Below, one piece after another: positions 20,467 to 30,300 of a DNA stretch of 64,000 nt. The position numbers and the translations under genes were made by a program. The notes under the pieces were generated by a model, which saw nothing but the letters and a program-made list of their open reading frames with translations, was not told where the DNA came from and ran no database searches. The stretch comes from a virus (lineage: Duplodnaviria > Caudoviricetes). The DNA lies in IMG/VR virus record IMGVR_UViG_3300028833_000067, positions 1-64,000 of that record. One strand, given 5' to 3'. Within the stretch, counting starts at the first letter, position 1. Every line of letters begins with the position of its first letter.

Positions 20467-21411
20467 AAACTATTCGGATTGGGAGTCGCGTAAGTAATTA
20501 CGTGAAAAAAGAACCCCATTAAACGGGCAATCGTAATAAGATGGTAAGAAAGCCTAAACCAAATAAATGGCAAGGTAATCCCGTAGGATAAAATTTTTAG
20601 TAAAACAGAAGTTTTCACTAAAGTTCATTAGAAGCTTCTCCTACTATTTATATAGAAGGAGGTGGTCAAAATGGCCCGCAGAAAAATGAATGATAAATTA
20701 ATTCACAAAACTGAAATTAAAGAAGAACTAAGACTTATAAAAGGTAGCCAAACCGATTATATTACTCCAACTGGTAATGTTTATAAAGATTATGGAAATG
20801 ATTTATTCTATCATAAATCAGTATTTCCAAATAAGAATAATGGATATATGTATTGTGGAATCACTTATCCAGAAGGATAGCGGCAGCGACGAGTACATAT
20901 TTTAGTCGCAGAAGCTTATATTCCTAATCCAAATAATTATCCAGTAGTAATGCATTTAGATAATGATAAGACTAATTTAAATGTTAATAACTTACGTTGG
21001 GGTACGGTCGCGGAAAATACACAAGCGGCATTTGATGATGGTTTGGCCGAAAACGATAAGAGTTGGGAAGATTCTCAATCAATTCATGTTTGTGTCTTTA
21101 ATATGCAACAAGAATTATTAAATAAATATGGTTCAGTGAGTGAAGCTTCTAGACAATTAGGAGTTACAAAAACTACAATACTCAATCAATGTAACCATAA
21201 TGTGAAAACTAAGCCAAGATGCGGATATTATTTCCGTTATTTATCTGAATATGAAACTAAAGGTTTTGTTCTCTAACGACTATCGAAAGCAATAAAAGAA
21301 GTGAGTAGAGTAGCACATAAGTGCGAAAGATGGGGCTCCTGTTGAAAAATTACAGGATGAAAATATAGTCTAATCCCCTTATGAAATATCGGGAAACCGA
21401 GGGTTCAAATG
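20467..21411 (+). ncRNA. Group I self-splicing intron in nrdD (945 nt)
   Basis: Exon ACTCCT pairs with IGS GGGAGT (U-G at splice site). P3 CCCCAT/ATGGGG, P4 ACGGG/CCCGT, P7 GACTA/TAGTC, terminal G at 21411. Splicing restores YYTP|AENLC. Confidence 0.93.
20671..21276 (+). CDS. Intron-encoded HNH homing endonuclease, I-HmuI-like (TAG=Gln), 201 aa
   Basis: One TAG (20878) joins two track fragments. RVHILVAEAYIPNP..PVVMHLDNDKTNLNVNNLRW, C-terminal NUMOD1 (SVSEASRQLG...GYYFRY). Confidence 0.9.
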
Positions 21412-21882
21412 GCCGAAAATCTTTGCTATACAGCCATGAAGAAATTTAAGGCAAAATACGGCGAAATTCCAAATGTTTCCGACCATGAATATTTTACAAA
21501 TAGTATTCATGTGCCAGTATGGCATGACATTTCCGTATTTGATAAGATTGATATTGAAAGTCAGCTAACTGGATATTCTAGCGCAGGATGCATTACATAT
21601 GTAGAAGTTCCTTCTGGTGTAAAGAATAACATTCCCGCACTTGAAACAATAGTAAATTACGCTATGGATCACGACATACCTTATTTCGCTTTGAACGTGC
21701 CGCTAGATATGTGTAATGACTGCGGTTATCAGGATGAAATCGGTGAAACCTGTCCTGAATGTGGTAGTAAGAACATTTCAAGGCTTAGACGTGTAACCGG
21801 ATATCTTACTGGTTCCTATAAAGATGCTTTCAACTGGGGCAAGCAGAAAGAAGTTGAAGCAAGGGTTAAGCATATACACTAA
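21412..21882 (+). CDS. nrdD: Class III ribonucleotide reductase, exon 2
   Basis: AENLC, YFTNSIHVP, CxxC/CxxC Zn site, glycyl-radical RRVTGYL. Confidence 0.95.
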   Translation, partial: AENLCYTAMKKFKAKYGEIPNVSDHEYFTNSIHVPVWHDISVFDKIDIESQLTGYSSAGCITYVEVPSGVKNNIPALETIVNYAMDHDIPYFALNVPLDMCNDCGYQDEIGETCPECGSKNISRLRRVTGYLTGSYKDAFNWGKQKEVEARVKHIH

Positions 21883-22382
21883 TGAGTAAGATTGCAGGAA
21901 TTTATTGGGATGATACCGCGGCCGCGCCCGGTATCTCCCTCTCAGTGTATTTTTCGGGATGTCATTTCCATTGCCCCGGATGTCATAATCCCGAAGCACA
22001 AGATTTTAATTATGGGCGTGAATATAACTTAGATATACGCCAAGAGATTATGCAGAAACTCAATAAAAATGGAGTTATGCGTACATTAAGTATTCTCGGT
22101 GGCGAGCCATTAGCCGATGAAAACTTAGAAGACGTAATGAATTTAATTGGCTGGTGTAAGTTAGATTATCCAGATTTAAAAATCTATTTATGGACAGGTT
22201 ATACAATGGAAGAATTAGAGAAGCGTGATAATCGTACTTTAGATCATATCCTACATAATATTACTTGCCTAATAGATGGCCGCTATGAACAGGATAAAAG
22301 AGATACGACATTGCCATTACGTGGCTCTTCTAATCAACGAATAATTAATATGGAGAAATATTATGAAGAAGGACATATATAA
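21882..22382 (+). CDS. nrdG: Anaerobic RNR activating enzyme (radical SAM)
   Basis: SGCHFHCPGCHN, LGGEP, WTGY, IDGRY, RGSSNQR. Confidence 0.96.
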   Translation: MSKIAGIYWDDTAAAPGISLSVYFSGCHFHCPGCHNPEAQDFNYGREYNLDIRQEIMQKLNKNGVMRTLSILGGEPLADENLEDVMNLIGWCKLDYPDLKIYLWTGYTMEELEKRDNRTLDHILHNITCLIDGRYEQDKRDTTLPLRGSSNQRIINMEKYYEEGHI

Positions 22383-22914
22383 GTCAATACTAGCTGGAAT
22401 GGCGATTGCATTAGGCTGCTGGATGTATCTAGCAGCTCCTAATGCAGTAGTTGGCGCTTTTTTATTTTCATGCGGATTACTTACAGTCCGTTTATATAAA
22501 TTGAATTTATTTACTGGTAAAATCCAATTTATGGTGACCAAGCGATATCCTTGGTATTTCTATTTAATAGTATTTCTTGGAAATATTATCGGAGTATCGC
22601 TAATGGCACTACTCGCGCACAATAATGCTTCTGCAGCAATAGCTACTACAAAAGTTGCTCAACCAATATGGGAAGCAATGTTTAAAGGAATAGGATGTGG
22701 TATGCTAATGTCTATAGCAACCTATGAAAAATCTCCCATATGGATGTGTATTCCATGTGTAATGGGTTTTATTCTTGGTGGTTTTAATCATTGCATTGCA
22801 GACGCATATTATATGATTGCTGCCGGTACAGTTGGAATTTCATTAATTGGAACTATTATTGGTAATTTATTTGGCGGCATTATTTTTAGTAATCTTATAG
22901 AATCAAATATTTGA
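22363..22914 (+). CDS. Formate/nitrite transporter (FNT, FocA-like) channel
   Basis: About six hydrophobic segments with SILAG, LFSCGL, LFTGK, GNIIG, GCGMLM, GFNHCIAD and GNLFGG, matching FNT motifs. Confidence 0.85.
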   Translation: MKKDIYKSILAGMAIALGCWMYLAAPNAVVGAFLFSCGLLTVRLYKLNLFTGKIQFMVTKRYPWYFYLIVFLGNIIGVSLMALLAHNNASAAIATTKVAQPIWEAMFKGIGCGMLMSIATYEKSPIWMCIPCVMGFILGGFNHCIADAYYMIAAGTVGISLIGTIIGNLFGGIIFSNLIESNI

Positions 22915-22939
22915 CAAACTCCCAGAAATCTGTTATAAT
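22911..22939 (+). promoter_or_regulatory. Sigma-A/70 promoter
   Basis: TTGACA-17 nt-TATAAT with TG extension. Confidence 0.9.
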
Positions 22940-22970
22940 AAAGTATAAAGAAATAAAGTGGTGATTGGAT

Positions 22971-23999
22971 GTGATATTTGCCCTTATTGGTTGCTTAATT
23001 ATAATTGGATTTCTGGGAGTTAAACTTTATTAGAAGAAAGTTATTGATACTCAATTAATGGATGAGTATTAGACATAGATACAAAAGGTTAAAGAACAAT
23101 TAGATTCTGACCAAGAGGTCTTGAACCAATATACTAGTAAATTACTAGACGTTCGTATAAAAGTTAATACTGAGCAGCAAAAGCTAACGGATTTATATAA
23201 TTAGTTAGATAGTGTTGAAACTAGCTTAAAAGATTCTCGTGATGAATATCATCATTTAATAAATGATAAGATGAAAGAAATAGACGAGACGATTGAAGAA
23301 CAGCGGCGAAAGCGCTAGCAAGAATTAGATTCTACATTAAAAGAAAAACAAAATTATTATAATAAATTACTTGAAGATACTATTAATCAATGTAATTTAT
23401 AGGATGAAACAATTAAAGAAGCTTCAGAAGCTAGATGGCGCGAAGCTATAGAACAAATGGAACGATATGATAAATCTATTGCAGAAGCTAAAGAACGATT
23501 TGAAAGTATTGAACGAACTTTAAAACAATATGATGCTGAATAGCAAGCTAAATTATTTTATACAATTCAATTACCTGATGAATATAAAGATGACATTGAA
23601 TTTTTGCTGACGACCGTATCTATGAAGGTATAGCATCCAGATATTATTTCTAAGCTAGTTTGGGCAGAATATGTTAAGCCAAACTTAGACGATACATTCA
23701 AACGAATTGAAATTAAAGCAGAGCCAGGGATTTATAAGATAACTAATATAAATACTGGTAAATGTTATATTGGAAAAAGTACTAATGTAAAGACGCGAAT
23801 TGCAGACCATTTCAAGTCTTCTATCGGCATTCGTTCAATAGCAGACCAAGTTGTGCATCATGCTATTCTTAAAGAAGGATTTTGGAACTGGGCAATTGAA
23901 GTTATTACGTATTGCGATAAAGAACGATTGAGTGAGTTAGAGAAATATTATATTACATTTTTTAAATCAATGGAGCATGGGTATAATAAAATATTATGA
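22971..23999 (+). CDS. Membrane-anchored coiled-coil GIY-YIG nuclease (TAG=Gln), 342 aa
   Basis: GTG start. TM (IFALIGCLIIIGFLGV), ~170-aa coiled coil, GIYKITN..TGKCYIGKS...RIADH...EKYYI...GYN. Eight in-frame TAGs. Absent from the track. Confidence 0.85.
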
Positions 24000-24754
24000 G
24001 TATACGAACAAATAAAATTGGAAAACAATTTGGTAAATTAATTGTTGACAGTATAAATAAGGAAAAATCAACAAGTAAGCATACATATTTTAATTGTCAT
24101 TGCCTATGCGGGAATCCAAATATTATTGTTAAACGAAGTGATAACTTAAATGCAAATAGCAACTGTGGTTGCGAACCTAATCATAGTGTATCTCAAAAAT
24201 CAATTGATGCTTTAGTTGCATATAGCAAACAATAGGAGACAAAACTGTTAGGTCAAAAATTTGGAAAATTAACAGTAATTGAATATATAGGAAAAATACC
24301 TGAGCAGTGTAATGCCAATGTCTGGAAATGCTAGTGTGATTGTGGAAATATTATGTATGCTACAACTAGTTCATTGAATAGTGGACATGTAAAAAGTTGT
24401 GGTTGTTTACGTTCTTATAAAGAAATGTTAATTAAAAAGTTCCTTAATGAATAGCATATTCCCTTTAAATAGGAATATTGTTTTTCAGACTTAAAAAATC
24501 CAGATACTGGATGCGCTTTAAGATATGATTTTGCTTTATTTAATAAAGAAGAACAATTAATAGGATTAATTGAGTATAATGGAGAATAGCATTATAATAA
24601 AAATTCTGCTTGGTATTCAAAAGATTATATAATAAGAGACCAATAGAAAATAAAATATTGCCAAAATAAAAAGATTGCTCTTTTAATATTAAATCAAGAT
24701 AATTTTTCATATGATTTAATTTTAGATTTTTATAATCGTAATGCTGGAGGATAA
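23996..24754 (+). mobile_element. Free-standing putative homing endonuclease: two Cys-rich repeats plus Vsr/DUF559-like nuclease (TAG=Gln), 252 aa
   Basis: FGKLxV...WKCQCDCG...KSCGC repeats, LRYDF...IEYNGEQHY...RDQQKIKYC. Six TAGs. Confidence 0.8.
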
Positions 24755-24755
24755 G

Positions 24756-25178
24756 ATGTTAGAAACGAATGAAATCAATGAGGTTCAAAGGCCAACTACA
24801 GAAACAAATCAACACTTATCATGTGATGAACTTATTGAAAGATATGCGTAGATACAAAATATAAGTATTGAACAAGCGAAAGAAGAAGTTAGCGCTCCTA
24901 CTGAAGAAGAAATCCTTAAAAAGATACAAAACAAGACAATTGAAAAAATTAATAGCACTAGAGTGCCAATGAACAGAGCGCAAAGGCGCGCATTAAAAAA
25001 GAAAATTGGTGCGAAAAAGTACGCTGAAATGATTGGAAGCGGAGATGTAGTTGAGACAGTTAGTGAAACTGCAAAAAAGCTTAATTATATTGATTTAATA
25101 CAAAAATTAAGAAAATTAAATGAAGAAAAAGAAAAGGAGATTGAAGAAAATGGCGAGACAACTACTGAAGACAACTGA
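24756..25178 (+). CDS. Hypothetical protein (TAG=Gln), 140 aa
   Basis: GGAGG SD, one TAG, NRAQRR motif. Extends track ORF 24963-25178. Confidence 0.7.
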
Positions 25179-25356
25179 TGTATGGATTACTGAGAGTGAA
25201 GAAGATGCTATGGAAATGATTGAAGATGCTAAAAATGGACAAACTGAAGGCGGCTATTCAGTAACTAAATCTGGTTATACAATGAAGCCTAAGAAACAAA
25301 AAGGAGAAATCCTTTATCTAGAATTTAAGGTAACAATCGAAAAAACTTTTGATTAA
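25150..25356 (+). CDS. Small hypothetical phage protein
   Basis: AAGGAG SD upstream of ATG 25150, MARQLLKTTD... Confidence 0.7.
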   Translation: MARQLLKTTDVWITESEEDAMEMIEDAKNGQTEGGYSVTKSGYTMKPKKQKGEILYLEFKVTIEKTFD

Positions 25357-25373
25357 ATTTGAGGTGAAATTAT

Positions 25374-26138
25374 ATGAATGAACTACAGGCGCTAATAGAA
25401 GCAATTTAGAAATTAGCTGATATGGAATTAACTGATGAAACATTAACAGAAATTACACGTAATGTAGATTCGCAATTTAGTAATGAAGTTGTTATGCAGT
25501 CTATTAATTAGATCGTTACTAATTTAAACGATCAGGGGCTAACAAAGAAAGAGGCTAAAGAAGCCGTCGAAACTCTTTGCTCAGTCTTAAATGAAATGGT
25601 TTATGAAGGAAAGGGATATACTGGTAATAAGAAAGTTCTTGTTGATACAATAATGGCTAAAGTTTTTAATATTTTTTATAAGGCTTTAGATAAGTATCAT
25701 TCTTATGCTATTGAACTTCCTATTCAATTAGAAGAAGGCGCGCAGGTGCCTACATATGCGCATGATAGTGATGCGGCCGCAGATATGTATGCAATGGAAG
25801 ACATTGAAATCTCAGCTCATACTAAGGGCGTACCAGTAAAAACTGGCGTACATATCCAATTACCAGAAGGCTGGGTCGCATTTATTCTACCTCGCTCTAG
25901 TATCGGCGCAAAAACTCCTCTGCGTCTTAGCAATAGCGCTGGTGTAATTGATAGCGGATATCGCGGTGAAGTTCGCGCGCTATATGATAATATTGGTGAT
26001 GAGCCCTATCAAATTCATAAGGGCGACCGCATTGCTCAGATGCTAGTAATGCCTTCTTATAGATTTAAGGCTAATGTAGTGGATTCTCTAGAGGATTCTG
26101 ATAGGGGCGAAGCTGGCTTCGGTTCTACAGGTGTATGA
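25374..26138 (+). CDS. dut: Trimeric dUTPase with N-terminal helical extension (TAG=Gln), 254 aa
   Basis: AAADM, PRSSIG, GVIDSGYRGE, GDRIAQ, RGEAGFGSTG. GAGGTG SD at 25361. Two TAGs in the extension. Confidence 0.92.
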
Positions 26139-26881
26139 GTACCATAAATATTTATTCTGTTTCTAATGCCTTAGAAGCAGAAGGTTGGAAACTCATAAGT
26201 GAAACCTATAAGAACCTCAAGACTCCACTTGAAATGGAATGTCCAGCTGGACACAAACAAGAATAGACTTTTGAGAACTGGCGAAAACATAAGATATGTG
26301 ATATATGTATGGCCGGTGATCCATATAAAGTTAAAAAAAATAATGTGCCCCCAAAGGGCACAGATACGTAGCGTATTTTAGCGCTAGACGCCGCAACAAG
26401 TGTAACGGGATATGCAATATACGATGATAAGATTTTAGTTAATTATGGAGTTTATAAAACTAGTTCAACCTTATCATTGTCAGAACGAATTAATTAGGTT
26501 AAAAATTGGCTTAAAGCCGCAATTAAAACTTGGGAACCAGACTTTATAGCTATGGAAAATATATAGCTTCAAAGCTATGGAGCGAAGTCAAATCAAGTAC
26601 AAGTAAAAACATTTTAGGCATTAGCTAATTTACAAGGAGTATTATTAGATACAATATTTGAAGCCTGTGTAGATCATGACTTAGTTTATCCGAGCGAATG
26701 GCGTTCATATTGTGGAATAAATGATGGAGATTAGCATAGAGATGCTAAAAAGAAGTAGGCTTAGGCTAAAGTAAAAATTTGGTACGGTATTGATTGTACT
26801 GAAGATGAATCTGACGCTATTTGTATTGGTAAATACTTTTGCGGCAAATTAAAAAAGAATGTTTGGGGTGAAGATATATGA
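26135..26881 (+). CDS. ruvC: RuvC-like Holliday junction resolvase with N-terminal Zn ribbon (TAG=Gln), 248 aa
   Basis: CPAGH..CDIC, RILALDAATSVTGYA, IAME, PSEWR, EDESDAICIG. Eight TAGs. Absent from the track. Confidence 0.85.
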
Positions 26882-27273
26882 TTAAGGTTAAGATTTCTGA
26901 TTTACTTAATGGATCAGAAGTTCTATAGAAGTTAGGAACTATGGAGTTTAAAGCAAAATTATCTTGGACTATTGCCAGACTATTAAAGGCGGCAGATGGC
27001 GAGATTTAGAATTTTAATGATGCGCGCATGGCGCTAATTAGAAAATATGGCGAGAAAGATGAAAACGGTGAACTTGTAACAGATGATACTGGGAATTGTA
27101 AAATTATGCAAGAGAAAATCACCGATTTTAGCAATGAACTTACTGAATTAATAAACAGTGAAGTTGAATTAAATGCCAATGAGATTGATATGAAGATGCT
27201 GGAAGATATTCCATTTATGCCAAGTGATATGGTGAAGTTAGAACCATTCGTTAATATGGATGAAAAGGAATAA
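26878..27273 (+). CDS. DUF1617-like hypothetical protein (TAG=Gln), 131 aa
   Basis: Two TAGs. KLSWTIARLLK...FNDARMALIRKYGEKDENG. Family assignment from memory. Confidence 0.6.
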
Positions 27274-27312
27274 AAAATAAAGCCCCGCACTATATGTGCG
27301 GGGCATTTTTTT
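27272..27312. terminator. Bidirectional intrinsic terminator between convergent modules
   Basis: A-run, GCCCCGCAC-TATAT-GTGCGGGGC, T-run. Confidence 0.92.
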
Positions 27313-27313
27313 A

Positions 27314-30300
27314 TTATAGAATAAGAGATTCTAGAGTTTTTACACGAGCGCGTAATTTTTGAATTTCTTTTAATAAAAGAGGAGTTAATTCGGCATAATT
27401 AATGGCTTTATCTCCCTATATATCAATACAAATTTGAGGTAAAAGATTTACTGTGTTTTCATAAATAAGCCCTAAATGCTATTTAGAATCATCATTATTA
27501 TATTTAAAACTTACTGGTTCTAGTTGGTCTATTAAATTATCAGAATAAGTTAAAGGAGAGATATCATGTTTCTTTAAGATTGAGGATGGAGCTCCTACCG
27601 TTCCATTAAAATAAAGTTTTGAAATATTTGTATCAATAGAAATATATCTACCTGTGCCGCCTTCTATTTTACCTATTTTAAACTATAATTGTACATCACT
27701 ATTTTGATTAGACCAAAGTAAAAAATTAAATTGCTATTCTGCTTGCGCAATTATACTATTTTTGCTAAATTTAAGTCCATTTAATGTTCCTTTTAATATC
27801 GAATCTCCTGTTCCTGTAACTGTAAGTGTAGAAGCTTTAATTTTTCCTTTAATTTCAAGCCCAGTTTTTAAATTAAAACGAATCCCGTTCTATGAGTCAC
27901 CCCATTTTGTCTGGTCGTGCAATGTAAAAATTGTACAACTACCTTCATTTTCCATAATCTTCCACACTTCATTATCAGCATCATTAGGTAACCCTAAGAT
28001 ACTTCTCTCTATTGTGTCTGGTAAGTTATTAGGCCGTTCATCGTCTGGACCATATATTCCTATTCCCTCTACAGCGAAAGGATTATCCTTATCAACATCA
28101 TAAGTAGCATTATTTAATCTATCTGTTCTTAATACAAATACGCCCTACCCATTAGTTTCATTGCTTTGCTTACAAGTAATCAAAAGATCACTAGATCGAA
28201 TATTTACACTTGTATTTGACTATATTTTTATTTTCCCTTTGGATGCGACATTTATAGACCCACCGCTAACATTTATAGATCCATTACTATTAACATTTAT
28301 ATAATCCTTAACATTAGCATTAAGCTCATCTGCATCAATTACTAAATGCTTATTACTATATTTATCAATCCAGAAAGCCAAACCAACCGCGGGGTCACTT
28401 GTCTATAAATCTTTTCCTAAAATAAATCCCATAGTATTGACTACATCTTCTGCATCCTCGGTTCCTGCCACACTAGGATTACTTCTTAGATATTTAGACT
28501 ATATTTTTATATTATTAGTATTAAGAGTCAAATCACCCATAGTACCTATATATACACCCTCTTGAGATAATGAAACATATGCTCCACCATAAATTTCCTC
28601 ATCACCTATTTGATTAAGAGAAACTGTATTATATACCCATTGAGTGCCATTATGTACGCTTTTAATATATGTTCCATCTTGCTATTTTACAAGATAAATT
28701 TTATTAGTGTTAGGATTGTCAATAGGCCAAGACTCCACAAATTGAATTTTTCCCATCTATCCTAATTGAATTTTATTGGGCTTAATAGATACAATACTAC
28801 GCGTAGTATTATTTCCAGTAGCTAATCCAATATAATCTTTCTATATCTATACACCAGACAGCATAGCATCTCCAAAATCAGTAATTTTACTACCATTTTG
28901 AGTATTATTTTTAATGCTATTAAGACTTCCTCCAGTAGCTAAAATAATCTATTCTTTTGATAATTCAATAGTAGAAGCCTAATTACTTTGACTCTAAGTA
29001 TCAGCGACTCCTAATAATAAATGTTCAGGTGATAATTCTACATTAGCGCCATAAGACTGCCACAGTAAATTTCCATACTCATCTACTGCCTATTGTCCTG
29101 TTTTAGAATCTATAATAGGTTTATCTGTAGTTTTTCCAGAAAATAATGTTAATTTTTTATTGGAACCAATATATATACCACGCTCTTTATCTATAACTAC
29201 CGCTGAAACGTTCTATTCATCACTTGCCTTAATATCAATTCCTGCGCCAGATTTTATTACAATACCATTCCTACTCGCTAGTACAATTCCATCGCCATGA
29301 ATATTAACATAAGAAGAACTTGCCTATTCTACACCATTTTGCGTTGTTAAAAGAGTAGAAACTAAATTAATTCCACCAGACTAGTCACTTGCTTCTGTTT
29401 TTACAGAAGCAATATTAATAGTAGTACCGCCAATATTAACAGCTTTATTACCAGTAATTTCCACATTATCATTCGCGGCAATAACAATTGTCTTTCCACT
29501 CATTAAATTAATATTAGTAGTATTTATAATATCAATTTCACCGGTTTCTGCATTTAATCCAAATGCAGGCCCTTCTATTGCAGAAACCTTTCCATTATAT
29601 GTAGAAATAAAAGCGCCACCATTGGGATTTCCAGTAGCAACAGAAATACTACCATCATCATGCTTCCATACATCGCCAGCTTTGAAATTAGTAGGTGGTG
29701 TATTTCCAGTATATACTTTTGGAGTAAGCGCATTAACCATGTTCTCCCTAAAACCTGCTAAGATGTTGGCATTCTTAGTTGTCACATTCATTACCGACCC
29801 TAAACTATTTGAAGCAGAAGCTAGTATTTCACCAGCTTCAGTAAATAATGACTATAACTATTCTTGTACAACATTATATCCATCAAAGTATTCTTTTAAG
29901 AAATCTTCCCATACTAGGCGCGTCTATGAGCCACTGCTTAAAGTTTTACGGAGCGCTTCTGGACTTAATGTAGAGTCTATAGTACCTCCTGGGGCTAAAG
30001 CCGAAGCTAATCCAATATTGCGCTCATTTTTATGCATTTCTTCTGTTTCAGCTACAATTTTACTAAATAAGTCTTCAAACTTTGTCTTATAGTTCTTAAC
30101 TTCAATAGTATCCTACTCTTCATGGTCTAAATCTAATGTGATACCAGATATATATCCAAAGGTATTTTTTAATTTAAGTTCAAAGTCATTAATCATGACC
30201 AGTTGCGCGAGCTTGGTATGCAGATTAGTTAATAAGTCTGGAGACCATTTACTTACATCTATTGAATAAGAAACTTTCGGGTAAGCGTTTTCTTTTAATA

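Noticed and set aside
20467-21411. Intein or naturally split nrdD with ATG at 21409
   Set aside because: The insert contains stops and a full group I core. The G of that ATG is the intron's terminal G.
23988-24736. Inserted endonuclease as an intron or IS element
   Set aside because: No non-coding room for a ribozyme, no transposase motifs, and at most 5-bp inverted ends.
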